In this document: positions 40,893 to 51,820 of the stretch, one piece after another
Layout: the number at the start of each line of letters is the position of its first letter
Numbering within the stretch: position 1 is the first letter of the stretch
Assembly (NCBI GenBank): GCA_965219455.1
Contig: OZ244744.1
Coordinates: 5,440,001-5,504,000 of the forward strand
From: Candidatus Latescibacterota bacterium
Lineage (GTDB): Bacteria; Latescibacterota; UBA2968; GCA-2709665
Reading direction: 5' to 3'
DNA: 64,000 nt
The notes under the pieces: model-generated
What the model saw: only the letters and a program-made list of their open reading frames with translations
Database searches by the model: none
Told to the model about the DNA's origin: nothing
Position numbers and translations under genes: made by a program

Positions 40893-41223
40893 ATAACGTC
40901 TTCCCGGAACTTTCTATCCCGCTGAGAAACGAAGCGCCCTGCTCCCTTAGAAGCTCGTACTCGGCCCTTGTGTATACAACAAGATCGATCGGAAGCCTCC
41001 TGTTTATCTCGCGGATACAATCCCTTACTGCGATTCTTGCCGCCATCCGTTCGCCGTAGGTGCGCGGGACCGCCTGAGAGTCCAAGATGACCAGCAAATC
41101 GATATCGCTATCCACATCACGCTCCCCCAACGCGGCGGATCCAAAGAGCACAATCCTGTAGGGATCGACGCTCCGAAGGCGCGATACGATGTCATCGAGG
41201 TCGTTTACTGTTCTTGTATCCAT
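40864..41223 (-). CDS. Minimal nucleotidyltransferase (MNT) antitoxin
   Basis: LFGS...DSDIDLLV motif; overlaps the HEPN gene. Confidence 0.9.
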   Translation of the reverse strand: MDTRTVNDLDDIVSRLRSVDPYRIVLFGSAALGERDVDSDIDLLVILDSQAVPRTYGERMAARIAVRDCIREINRRLPIDLVVYTRAEYELLREQGASFLSGIESSGKTLYEKSSESVA

Positions 41224-41341
41224 ATAGTCCCCTCTCGGCGCTAACAGCGCGTTCGTTCAGATCAAAAGTCACGCCGTGAGCGCCCCGTTCCACTCACCGT
41301 GAGTGGTCATCAGATGAGGGATCAAGGAAGAGGCGTAGATC

Positions 41342-41566
41342 TTACGCGAACTCATAGAGCGGCACTGTCGTTGCCTGCTGGCGGTCCTCCTCCAGCAGGC
41401 GTTCAATCCTTCGAACCGTGTCGAGATTCAGCAGCACATCGCCGCAAAAGGAACAGACTTCAGCAGGTACATGGTCGATGACGATCACTTGACCACGGCG
41501 CCGTACGGTGTGCATGATTGATTTCGCTTCGTATTCTCCGGGGCATCCGTCGATGCTGCGTTTCAT
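41342..41566 (-). CDS. YgiT-type zinc finger protein
   Basis: VPAEVCSFCGD motif; N-terminal CxxC degenerate. Confidence 0.75.
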   Translation of the reverse strand: MKRSIDGCPGEYEAKSIMHTVRRRGQVIVIDHVPAEVCSFCGDVLLNLDTVRRIERLLEEDRQQATTVPLYEFA

Positions 41567-41856
41567 ACGTAAAGCGCTTCCTCTTCAATGCGTTGAACGA
41601 AGGCAGTCTGGAGATTCTCACTTAGTCGGAGGATATCCACCTTGCAATCAAGGGCTTGCTCGATAAAGATGTAAAGTCCGACGAGATCGTCGAATCTTGG
41701 CTCTTTCAGCTCTACCACCAGGTCGACATCGCTCTTTTCATGTTGCATCCCAAAAGCATACGACCCATAGAGTCCGATCCGCTGGACGTCGAATCGACGT
41801 TTCAACTCAGGTTTGCTGTGGGCGAGAAAGCTGAGAATGTCCTGTCTCGATTTCAT
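41563..41856 (-). CDS. MNT nucleotidyltransferase
   Basis: IGLYGSYA...SDVDLVV and KVD motifs. Confidence 0.85.
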   Translation of the reverse strand: MKSRQDILSFLAHSKPELKRRFDVQRIGLYGSYAFGMQHEKSDVDLVVELKEPRFDDLVGLYIFIEQALDCKVDILRLSENLQTAFVQRIEEEALYV

Positions 41857-41910
41857 TGCCGCTTCTCAAATTATGGGTGAGTACGTTCAATGAAGGCATC
41901 AGAGGCGGTG

Positions 41911-42082
41911 GACTACGAAATACGCGAAATATCGCGAAACAGGATTACGCGAAAGATGCTGTCTATAGTTCGTTTACGAAACGTTCGTATTCCAGTCCTG
42001 GATGATGTCCGAAATTGACGAGCAAGCCGAGTTTCACGCCTGTCGATCATAAATTTCGCGTTTTTTCGCGACTTTCGTAGTT
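41911..42082 (-). mobile_element. Miniature internally deleted copy of the GxxExxY cassette
   Basis: IRs at 41911-41939 and 42054-42082 enclose the last ~27 codons of GxxExxY (STGVKLGLLVNFGHHPGLEYERFVNEL*). A helicase-tail-like flank (RIICPMGLI) extends to ~42110. Confidence 0.75.
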
Positions 42083-42128
42083 AATCAATCCCATAGGGCA
42101 AATGATCCGCTCTCCTGCCAAAACTTCA

Positions 42129-42326
42129 TCAGTCTGCCACGTCAGACCGAAGAATCGCCTGATTATCCAACCTCTTCCCTGCGTCGAGGATTTCAACGCC
42201 CGCGATCTGGCCGGCTTCATCGTAGTCCAGCGCGATTCCTTCCTCAATGAGGTCCGTCGTCACCGTTGTATCCTTAAGGCGAATGTATAGGGCATCCACC
42301 TTATGATCGTAAGAGATCTTCACCAT
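42129..42326 (-). CDS. DUF2283 family protein
   Basis: YDHKVDALYIRL and LDYDEAGQIAGVEILDA motifs. Confidence 0.88.
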   Translation of the reverse strand: MVKISYDHKVDALYIRLKDTTVTTDLIEEGIALDYDEAGQIAGVEILDAGKRLDNQAILRSDVAD

Positions 42327-42379
42327 CGCCGCCTCATATTTCGATCTGGAGCGCAATCTCGCATGCTCACAGAGACCGC

Positions 42380-45300
42380 TCAGTCTAATACACTGAAATA
42401 GCCCCTACGTAGTAAATTTTCCCGCGCCTGTCGAGCGTTCTCACGAACTCGTTCGTCTTCGTGTTCAAGCCCGGCTGTCAGGATGGCCTTTGCATCGTCG
42501 GTTGGAATGACGAACCTGCCGCTTGTAGGCACGGCATTGATAAGCTTTTTAAAGCATTCGACCACCAGATGTGTATGAGTCGGGATCAGCGCTGGCATCA
42601 ATCGCGTAACCTCAAAAGGGAACGATGTTCTTCGGTGATCAACTCGACCCTCATCGAGAGTACCAGTTTCGTCGAGTATATTGTCAACGTCCAAAATCTC
42701 TGATAAAGCGTTCAGGCGCCACTCGACATCCAGGCACTCGGCTTTCAGCCATACGGCGACTTCTCGAAGTTCCATCGGTTCACGGGCGTCAATTCGCCAC
42801 TCGAAAAAGGCAATGATCTTGTCCTGTAAGCCTTCTTCTAGCGGATGGCCAGTATTTTGCAATGAATGCCCTACATAATTAAATAACGTCGCCCAATGCC
42901 TGTGTTCATCTTCGGTCTTCAGGTAAAAGCGTTCCAGCAGACTTTGGTCTCCATTCAGTGGATATACGCCCCACAGATAATACGTAAACAAATGTTGACC
43001 TAGCTTTGAGATCAACTCCCGTCCGATTCCCATTTGCTCGTTCAGGGAATGCAATTGTCCCAGCGCAAACTCGAAGTCGTCTCGAAATCTATAAAAAATA
43101 CGCTCGTAGGGGCGCGACCAGCGAAGGAAATTCCCAAACGCCGCCCGCCATGCGTAATTATCGCTTGTCGGAAAAATAGTGGATTTTTGGGTTATAGCCC
43201 ATTTCTCTTCGAGATTGAATATCCAACCATATAGCCGTCCGAGAATGGCATATTCGGGAATAGTCAGAGAATGCTCTGCCCGGGTCCCGCTCCGGCATTC
43301 AATGATCGCCTTCATTTCCGAAACTTCTGCTTTTTCGTCGTGTCTGCGCAACCAGAATCCAAAATTGACCAGAATCTCCAGAGCACGACCGCGGGTCGTG
43401 TTAATAGCATCAGTCAGCGGGTCTTCTCTATCCAATATGGTCTGACTGCCTTGATCCAGATCGGAATCATATTGCGTGCATAGCAACTTAAGGAGCCTGC
43501 CCAGCTGTCCGCGGACTACGATTGGCACGTTCACATCCCGTTTGACACAGGCTTCGACAAAGTCGCAGACAGCTCGCCGCGAGGAATGCCAACTAGGAGA
43601 CTCCCGTGATTCATCTGCAAATCGCGACCTTCTAGTACCTTCCTTACTCTCCGCTTCGGGACGGGTAAGTGTCCAGACGCAAAACCCTAACCATTGTTCA
43701 AGCTCGTCGAAATTCTTGGCACTCACATGGTCCCGCATTTCATCAACCATTGCCCGTACATAGATGGGCCGCAGTATGTTATCACGATTATTCATCCAAA
43801 ACTGTAGTCTATCTTTGTTCGGAATGATAGAATCCTTGAAAACCTCTTTGAAAGAAGCGGTCAGCGCTTCAATACTGATCTGAGTGAGCCCATTTTCTCG
43901 GTCCCAGTGTTCGTCGTCCCAGGCGTTTATGTAAGTGAGTAGATCCTCATCTGAAAAGCGCGCGAGCTCTTCGGGAGGTATCGGGCTGCGAAAGGTAGTA
44001 ACTCTATCTTCTGCAGAAAAGCTGACGGACGAGTAGCTCTCATCTGTGATTTCTTCTGCGGTTTCATCGGCTTCCAAGCTACGGAAGTAGTCCTCATATT
44101 TCCCAAAGAGCACTGGTGCGAACGGCCTGAGTTGCTGGCGATGGAAATACCTTCTCCGCTGCTCGAAACCAGTCTCAGTGAATTGCTCACTTGTCCATTC
44201 GTGAAATTCTTCCTCTGGAGGCCCGCATAGAATCTTATCGAAGATTTGTGTTCGTTCGGCAATCGAAAGCAACTCATCTCCGAAATGCTCACACGCCAGA
44301 CGTATCATCCGCTGAAACTCATACTGGTGTTCCCGTGTCGCATAATTCCCATGTCCGATCATTGACTCTTGAATCCACGGCTTAGTTTGCTCATTTGGGT
44401 GCAGCGAGTAAAGATGCTGTCGAACACGCTTGAAGACATCCCAGCGTCCATTCCTCAAGGCGTTATCCAAAGTTTCAATTGCCTCGCTAGTTTTGTCAAA
44501 AACCATTTCGCAGGCAAAGGTAAGTGTACGGACAAGGGTTTCTCGATGGTCATGATAGGCACGGCTTTGCCTGTCGAGTCTCGGACACCAGATTTCCGAT
44601 GAATCCCGACTCGACCCAACTTCGAGGAAGTCTTGACCGTGCTCATAACGAATCATGCTCGCTGCCGCATCGATAAGTATACGGGCAACCCGATATGGCT
44701 CTTTCTCGGCTATCGGGCGAATGCCATTTTCAAGGATAGCCCGATAATTCTCGTGAAATCGTGGTGCTGGATTCGGCAATGCCAACATAGATGTCACTTG
44801 ATCTTCGATGGAGGACGTTTGATCCTCCTCGATCTCCCGATGACGGTTCTGTTTTTCTTCGGCATCTGGGTCCGGGACAAACTGAATGAGTATATTTGCG
44901 AATTCCAACGCAGCGTCTGTTTGGCACGTGTCAGTCCAATGTGCTAGCAACTCGGGATATTGAAACGGGAAGAATTGGTGTTCAAGGTTGGCGTATTCGA
45001 GCATCTTGGGCTTCAGGCGTACGGACTGTTCACCGCCAAGTGCCAATGCTATGTCCAAAATAGCAGAATAAACCCTTGGATTATCGACTGCCGGAAGCTG
45101 CAAGACAATTCGAATAGTCTCAGAGACAATTTCCATTGAGGCGTCTTTGCACAAATTCTTTAGATATTCAAGCTCAGGCCAGAAAGGAAATTGAATTTGA
45201 CCGTCTGCCGATTCGACCACATTTGGTGGATCTCTGAAATAGCCATTTTGATGAAGAGGGTCCAGCCATATGTGATTAGTGGTGTTAAGAAAGAAATACC

Positions 45301-46052
45301 TGTAGTTCTCACCACGGCTATGAAGCAGCTTTAGCGCTCGATTTATTTCAATGGATGTGGGAGCGCTTCCCCTACCTAATATCGCCTTAAGTTCGGTGAG
45401 ATCTTCAGTGACAATTGGCACGGTCGGGTCGATGGGTTCCTCAATGAAGTCATCCGAGGTTAGCGCCGGTTTAAACGCTTCGACGTATTCTATCAAAGTG
45501 CCGTAGTAGGCGATGAATGGCCGCAATTTACATGCCAGTGAGAAATCCCCATCAGCACTCACGACCGCGATACTCGCTTTGTGCCTCTCGTGGTAGTCAT
45601 CCAACGCACTAAGAACAAAGGCATCCGGAAATTCCTTTGGCTTTTTCTTTGAAAACGGTGCCTCGATGGAAAAATACCAGTTCACTACATCGTTCAAATC
45701 TCCAACCAGCGGCAGTTGTTCAACGGTAAAATGCTCCTTGAAGACTTCCCACTGGTGCTCCAGTTCTGTCAGGCACTTTTCCTCCAACTTAATTCTTGGA
45801 GGTAAATCGCCTAACGAAAGTTCGCTAATCGGATGAGTATTATGGGCTTTATCCACGGCAGCAGCGGAATCTCTCGCTCTTTTTTTTATAGTGACGCAAG
45901 AGTTCTCGCTCCATCATTTCGGGTACTAATAGCCGAAGCCCACCCTTAACAAAAGTATCCTTTAGGATCTTAAACTCAGACGTATCCAGCTTGAGACCAT
46001 TCCTCACGAAGAATTCTGTATCGATATACAGTGATGTCGGTACGTGTCTCAT
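42380..46052 (-). pseudogene. PIN (DUF4935/PIN_12-like) + long alpha-helical protein, split by a frameshift in an A8 run
   Basis: ORF 46052-45849 (LYIDTEFF...ERE) and ORF 45856-42380 (KEFPDAFV, VVSADGDF) join if one A is removed at 45880-45887. Confidence 0.75.
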
Positions 46053-46334
46053 GTGCACAAATCGGGATATCCAGATAAACGGACAAAATTCGAGAATTGA
46101 CCGACGAATTCGATTGAAATCGGTCCGGGGTCCAATAGCATCTAATGGGTCACACAGACACTCAGAAATCGAAGACCGTCGGGCCAATTGATTGGGTGCG
46201 ACTATTATTATCTAATTCTTCGATGTAATCATGAGAATTGAATTCACCACACCACTCTGTGCGGGATTCACATTGAGAGCTGATGAGGTAACTTGGTCCT
46301 TATTGATAATGCGAACTCCGCCATGTTCGCATCC

Positions 46335-47321
46335 CTAAACCCCGACACCTCGTAATTCGTTTCCGAGGATGAGGTTTTCTGGGGCGGGAACCCAATTATC
46401 ATCAGTGGGAAGGAGTAGTTGAGCTCTAAGTTGCCGCTTGTACCGTTGGAGTCCATCTGCCCTCCCCATATTTCGCAAATGTGTGGACCTTGCAGAATTC
46501 AAATGAATCGAATAGTCGCCGTTGACGTACAGTAGGCCCGTGTCGTACGATCGATGATGTAGAGCGCAAAGGGCCAAGCCATTGCTGACTGCATCGAGGC
46601 CTTTTGGATGGGCATGAGGAACAATGTGGGCCGCATCCACAAGATCCAATTGAATCCCGCACATTGCACACGTATGGGCATATCCATCCAGTACCATTTG
46701 CCTGAACTGAGCGCTTCGAGGATATGCAATGCGGGTTATAGTGACTCTTTGTCGGTTTACCTCAACCGGTCGGTGAAGGGGCTGTCCGAGTGGGGTTTTA
46801 CAATGAACTTCAAACAGCTCTTGGAGCTCTTCGTCGGCGGCTTGATGAAGCACTGATGAGTTTTCAACATACAAACCGATGAGGTCAGGCCGGAAGTTGA
46901 TCACGTTTTGCCCGTCTGAATCGATATACGTAGAGAATCCCTTTGTCATTGCCGTACGCATTGATGATACACGAGTATAAACGGAAAACCGCTGGGCTCG
47001 TGGATTGCGATCAAGGAATCTATCTGGATCCCATGCGCTAAACGCCTTTACATCTGCGGAAAAACCTAAGACCAATACTGTGTCGCCGGATTGCTTGTCG
47101 TTTTTTAGTTTCGTAGGCAGATGGCCTGGGCATTGGATCCGATATTCATCTGGATCAGTGCGTATAGCAAAATGGATGTTGCCAATGAATACCGAAAGAT
47201 ACCGTCCTTTATAGTAAAATCGGTACGGGTTAACTCCACCGGCGAAGTAGACAGCAGGCGTTTGCTGGCGGAGGGCGTCGAATAACGCATGAAAAAGGTC
47301 GGTCTTGTCGAGTAGCGCCAT
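46335..47321 (-). CDS. HNH endonuclease with an N-terminal domain resembling methylase-associated X1
   Basis: FRQMVLDGYAHTCAMCG..LVDAAHIVP..NGLALCALHHRSYD (HNH_2). The N-terminal assignment is tentative. Confidence 0.85.
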   Translation of the reverse strand: MALLDKTDLFHALFDALRQQTPAVYFAGGVNPYRFYYKGRYLSVFIGNIHFAIRTDPDEYRIQCPGHLPTKLKNDKQSGDTVLVLGFSADVKAFSAWDPDRFLDRNPRAQRFSVYTRVSSMRTAMTKGFSTYIDSDGQNVINFRPDLIGLYVENSSVLHQAADEELQELFEVHCKTPLGQPLHRPVEVNRQRVTITRIAYPRSAQFRQMVLDGYAHTCAMCGIQLDLVDAAHIVPHAHPKGLDAVSNGLALCALHHRSYDTGLLYVNGDYSIHLNSARSTHLRNMGRADGLQRYKRQLRAQLLLPTDDNWVPAPENLILGNELRGVGV

Positions 47322-47340
47322 TTCCGATAAGCCTCGTTGA

Positions 47341-50300
47341 TCAAACTAAGGAAATCTTCTCGACGATTTGAAAATCAATCGAGTATGTCGACGATATCCA
47401 TTCATCAATTTCGCGCAAACGGCGATCGGAGGGCAAGTCAGTAAGGCTTGATGGCATGAATCTTTCCTTTATCGATGTAGGTATATTCTTCTCACCGGCA
47501 TCCTGGTTTATACCGCGCACGAGTGAAACGAATGAGAACAACTCTTTAAGATCATCCCAACTTGCACCAATTCCTGAAAGGAACACGAAGTCGGCCCTTC
47601 TCGTTAGCGACGATAGTCTTTGGTAGTTGAAATTGCCGATGTATTTGCCAGCGTTCTTCTTGAAGACAAGCGCAGAATATCTATAATTGTGCAGCACCTC
47701 TCCGATGATTGCCAATCGATGCAAATGATCCTTTGGAATCGAAGAGATCGGTGCAACGAGATCCTCAAGTAACCAATTTGTGACGTGGAATCCATCACCC
47801 CTAGTTAGCCAATACCAGAAACCCGCGTCGCCCCCTGTGATCGCGAGAGCGGCGAAGGCCTCCTCTTTCGAACCCAACGCAACCCAGCCGGATTGCGACG
47901 GAACATGAACACTTCGGTCATCGAGGTGCAATACTGGTGGCGGCTCAATATACGTGGAGATGAAATTGCGCGCGGTTGGCGAAAATCCTAACTTGACAGA
48001 TTCACCACGTAGACCATGGCCCGAAGTTAAAACTGAAGTAGAAAACTGATTATGCATTGCTAATAATTTCGCTCCAAAACGGTTCGTTAGGCGGGGAATG
48101 CCGAAAGTTTCGTTCGGCATCACGTCATCGACTTTGTTGTAGGATATATTGTCCAACAGATAATCACGATAGGCTGCGCGCCACCTGTATAGACGGGTAG
48201 CAAACGAACCGATTTTTCGCGCGGAGGAATTCAGCCAGATTGTGCATCTCTGGCTAACTCCAGAAAATAGTGCGGCCGGTATGTTATCGAACGAAGAAAA
48301 CCAGTGAGTCCCGGTGTTCGCCAAAAGTTCACGTAGACCTGAAAACTCAAAGCTAAATGTCGTTGAAAGAGGAACAATTAACCCACGGCGTCCGCACCGG
48401 CTTGTTATGTGGTGCGACTGTACGACCACGTAACCATATATGTCGGGGAATCTTAAGCTCGTGGTAGACCGTACTATATAACCAACCGACTTGCGGCTTA
48501 CATAGGGAGGATTTCCGACAATCACGTCAAATCCGCCCTGTCGCATGATGCCGTAGAATTCGACAAACCAATGGAATGGCTGGTGACTGTTACGCCATTG
48601 CTCATAGGTAGCCGTGTCGCTTTCTTGAACGCCGTACTCGCTCGCCAAATATCGATCCAATTGTCGCCGCAGATCATCTAATCGTCTTCGCAATACTAAC
48701 TTCGCATTGACGAAAGCACCGGCGTCCATGTTCAAGCCGGTCTGCATGGTGTGGAATATGCGAAAAGCTCGGTTCGCTAATTCGGCGCGTTCTTCGATGT
48801 CGGGAAGAGATTGTTCCTTAAACAAGTCGCCCCGTATAGCACGTCTCACATCGTGGAGAGACGTAAAGCCAATCAGTGTGTTGCCGGCGCGTATATTGAA
48901 ATCGATGTCGGGCAATGGCTCAATCTGTTCGTAGCTTTTCAGTTGCGCGATGAGTTTAAGAAAGAGGCGCAATTTGCAGATTTCTACGGCCTCTTCCATG
49001 ATGTCCACACCATAGAGATTGTTGATAATGATGGACTTGAGTATGAAATATCGTTCACTGGGATGGGACTCGACCTGTTTGAGTATCTGTCGGAAGTCGC
49101 TCATTTTCTCGGGGCGGTGTTTACGCTTAGAGCGCTTCAAATCGTCCAGTAGCCCCCGCATAACCTCGAGGCAGGCAATGTAGATGGGCTCCAGGATGTT
49201 GAGCGCCGCGAACAGGAACGCGCCAGAGCCGCAGGTTGGATCCAGAATCGAGACGCTGGTAAGCCCTTTCCAGAAAGCACGGATCAATTCGGGGCCCTCG
49301 CTCCCGCGGATGACGTCCTCCGCGAATTGCTCAATGTCAAGATTATACGTGATAAGGTCATTGATGGCTGCGACCTGACCCGAAGCCAGTTTGGCGTAGA
49401 TGTCCTCATAGTGACGTCGGCGGGCGACGTGTTCGCGCCAGGTTTCAGTTGGCAGGGCATAGTCGCTTGTCGCGGGTTCATTCCAGCCGGCGCGTTTCGA
49501 GACATCGTCCACTCCTGCTGCTATCTCCTTAGGCAGGTCACGTTTTTGCGCGAGGTCTTCCTTCTTGTGAATATCGTACGTAATCCCGTGGCGGACCGCC
49601 TCGTAGAAATACCGATCCGGATCGTCCCGTAACAGCCGCCATACCCCACCGTCGGGTTTGAATTCGATGGAACAAGCCTTCTTCGCCCGGTCGAAAAGAA
49701 ACGGGATGACGGTGTTGCGGCTGATGTATCCGGTGATATCCTCTTTGGTGTAGTACGCCCCCATCTGCTTCTGGTTGATGTACTTTTCGAAGATGTAACC
49801 GAGCACGTCCGGGTTGATTTCATTGTCGTTGCGTAGAGGCCGGTCGTCCAGGTGCCACGTATAGGCATCGAAGAAGTCGAAGATTCTCTCGAACGCTTCA
49901 TCCGGAATTTGGATATCCGGATTGTCCTGCTCCAGATCGTGTACGTCGAACAGGCCGCCATTTAGAAATGGCACCTTACCGAGCAACGCTGCCAACTCCG
50001 GGGGGCGATTCTCCTCCGGTTGCCCAAGACCGTCATGGAACAATTTCAATAAAAACAGCCGGTAGAACCTGTTGAATCGCCCGTTTCCATATTGCTGCCG
50101 CACCCTTTGGAGCCGGTCCCGGAGGTATTCGGTGTTGTTGTCGAGGAACCCGCGTTTTTGAATGAAGTAGATGAACATCATTCGATTCAACATCAGCGAA
50201 GCATACCACTCTCGGTCCGCCCGTTCTCCGATTCCCTCGATGAAACCCAGAAAGTCCTGTTGTTCCTTCTTAAAGCGGTCGTAGAACCGTTTTGTGACCT

Positions 50301-50790
50301 TTTCTACGTCGAAGGCCGCGCGAACACGGCCGGATACGTCGACGATGGTAAGGTCATCTTCTTCGTCCAGTGTAAAGGCGAGATTCTCCAGCTTTTGGAT
50401 CAGTCGCTCTCCTGAATCCTCCTGGCGGAAGGACTCGGACCGGTGGCGGTCGGGCTGACCGGGTTCCCGCTTTACCCATTGCCATGCTTGTCCGGTTCGG
50501 TCGTGGGTGGCGTAAACGATGATGTGTTCGCGGACCTCTTTGGAGACAGCTGTTTCGATTTTCCGTCGAGTGGCATGTTCGGGAAACGTCGTCTCGGAGT
50601 CAGCAACACATTGGTAGGCGACCATGCCGCGTTTGTGGGCGACGGCCTCGAGGGCGAACGACTGCTCACCTACTTCAATAGCGGTATCGGCACCGCCATG
50701 GTCCCAGCCGAGTTCTTCGATAAAGAGCGTGCGGAGGTCGAATTTCTCAAGATGCGACCTGACTTTGTTTCTGTCTAGAATTAAGGGCAC
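47341..50790 (-). CDS. Eco57I-like (type IIG-style) N6-adenine DNA methyltransferase with C-terminal TRD
   Basis: GAYYT, LDPTCGSGAF, LYGVDI and FDVIVGNPPY motifs. Confidence 0.9.
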   Translation of the reverse strand: MPLILDRNKVRSHLEKFDLRTLFIEELGWDHGGADTAIEVGEQSFALEAVAHKRGMVAYQCVADSETTFPEHATRRKIETAVSKEVREHIIVYATHDRTGQAWQWVKREPGQPDRHRSESFRQEDSGERLIQKLENLAFTLDEEDDLTIVDVSGRVRAAFDVEKVTKRFYDRFKKEQQDFLGFIEGIGERADREWYASLMLNRMMFIYFIQKRGFLDNNTEYLRDRLQRVRQQYGNGRFNRFYRLFLLKLFHDGLGQPEENRPPELAALLGKVPFLNGGLFDVHDLEQDNPDIQIPDEAFERIFDFFDAYTWHLDDRPLRNDNEINPDVLGYIFEKYINQKQMGAYYTKEDITGYISRNTVIPFLFDRAKKACSIEFKPDGGVWRLLRDDPDRYFYEAVRHGITYDIHKKEDLAQKRDLPKEIAAGVDDVSKRAGWNEPATSDYALPTETWREHVARRRHYEDIYAKLASGQVAAINDLITYNLDIEQFAEDVIRGSEGPELIRAFWKGLTSVSILDPTCGSGAFLFAALNILEPIYIACLEVMRGLLDDLKRSKRKHRPEKMSDFRQILKQVESHPSERYFILKSIIINNLYGVDIMEEAVEICKLRLFLKLIAQLKSYEQIEPLPDIDFNIRAGNTLIGFTSLHDVRRAIRGDLFKEQSLPDIEERAELANRAFRIFHTMQTGLNMDAGAFVNAKLVLRRRLDDLRRQLDRYLASEYGVQESDTATYEQWRNSHQPFHWFVEFYGIMRQGGFDVIVGNPPYVSRKSVGYIVRSTTSLRFPDIYGYVVVQSHHITSRCGRRGLIVPLSTTFSFEFSGLRELLANTGTHWFSSFDNIPAALFSGVSQRCTIWLNSSARKIGSFATRLYRWRAAYRDYLLDNISYNKVDDVMPNETFGIPRLTNRFGAKLLAMHNQFSTSVLTSGHGLRGESVKLGFSPTARNFISTYIEPPPVLHLDDRSVHVPSQSGWVALGSKEEAFAALAITGGDAGFWYWLTRGDGFHVTNWLLEDLVAPISSIPKDHLHRLAIIGEVLHNYRYSALVFKKNAGKYIGNFNYQRLSSLTRRADFVFLSGIGASWDDLKELFSFVSLVRGINQDAGEKNIPTSIKERFMPSSLTDLPSDRRLREIDEWISSTYSIDFQIVEKISLV

Positions 50791-50809
50791 TTGGAAGTTT
50801 CCTGACGCG

Positions 50810-51268
50810 TTATGCCCGAACGAGATCGATTAGCGAAACGGTGTCGATTTCGTCGAATCGCGCGAAGTCGTCGTGGTTCTGCGTTACCAACGTTCGGATG
50901 CCATGGGTTGCCATTGTGGCAACGATATTGGCGTCATGCAACCCTTTGCCTTGAAGGTCATATTTCAATGCAAGTTGGCGCAGTTTGCCAGCGACATCCT
51001 GGGTTTCGTCAAAGAGTTGAAGGTGACGACGGAGCTCATCCACGTTGCCAACGACATCGCGGACGTTTAGACCAAATCCATTTGCACGAATGGGACGCGA
51101 TGCGACCACCATGTATTCCCTCAGAATCTGCCCACTTCCGGCGAGGCGAAGACCGCGCCTAGTGGACTCAGCCAGTAACCTTGTTGCTTCACGGTGTTGG
51201 GGCCGCGATTCGTCTGTCGCCGTTAAGAGCACGTTGGTGTCCAGAAACAGAATATTACCGGCCATCAT
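50810..51268 (-). CDS. PIN domain (VapC-like) toxin
   Basis: FLDTNVL, ILRE, HDANIVA and TQNHDDF motifs. Confidence 0.9.
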   Translation of the reverse strand: MMAGNILFLDTNVLLTATDESRPQHREATRLLAESTRRGLRLAGSGQILREYMVVASRPIRANGFGLNVRDVVGNVDELRRHLQLFDETQDVAGKLRQLALKYDLQGKGLHDANIVATMATHGIRTLVTQNHDDFARFDEIDTVSLIDLVRA

Positions 51269-51527
51269 CGCCATAGATCTCATCCCGTTTCCAGGACGTC
51301 GTCCTTCCAGTCCTGACTGTCACTATTTCCACCATTGGGACATCCGCGTCTGTCGTACTTGCCCCGTCAAACTCATCAAGACCGGATTCATCATCCGACC
51401 TGGGACGAAGAACGAAGCCGTCAGGCGCTTTCAAAATCTCGAGATCGTCTCCTGGACCGACCCCCAGCATGTTTAGCACCCGATTTGGCAGGGTGACCTG
51501 ACGTTCTGAGCTTATCTTTACAATCAT
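51255..51527 (-). CDS. AbrB/MazE/SpoVT-family antitoxin
   Basis: VKISSERQVTLP..LGVGPGD motif; overlaps the PIN gene. Confidence 0.85.
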   Translation of the reverse strand: MIVKISSERQVTLPNRVLNMLGVGPGDDLEILKAPDGFVLRPRSDDESGLDEFDGASTTDADVPMVEIVTVRTGRTTSWKRDEIYGDDGR

Positions 51528-51577
51528 GGAGACCTCCTTCAAACCAGATGGTGAGTAATCGAACTAGCACTGACGTG

Positions 51578-51820
51578 TCAATCCCGAAGCGAAGGGTCAT
51601 ACGATTGCTCCCGGAAGTCCTGGAGATCAAACGTCCCCTGTCCGCGCCGGATCTTATCGTGCAGCGTCCCGAGCCGGGAATGATCAATGCGTCTGGGCCT
51701 CAGAACGAACCCGTCCGGCCCTTCTACGATTTCGAGTTGGTCACCCGGGCCAACACCAATAGCGTCCAGCACCCGCGCAGGAATGGTGACCTGGCGTTTT
51801 GAAGTAATTTTGACAATCAA
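51578..51820 (-). CDS. AbrB/MazE/SpoVT-family antitoxin (paralog)
   Basis: VKITSKRQVTIP..IGVGPGD motif. Followed by a truncated PIN start (FGIDTSVLVRLL) at ~51600-51548. Confidence 0.82.
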   Translation of the reverse strand: MIVKITSKRQVTIPARVLDAIGVGPGDQLEIVEGPDGFVLRPRRIDHSRLGTLHDKIRRGQGTFDLQDFREQSYDPSLRD

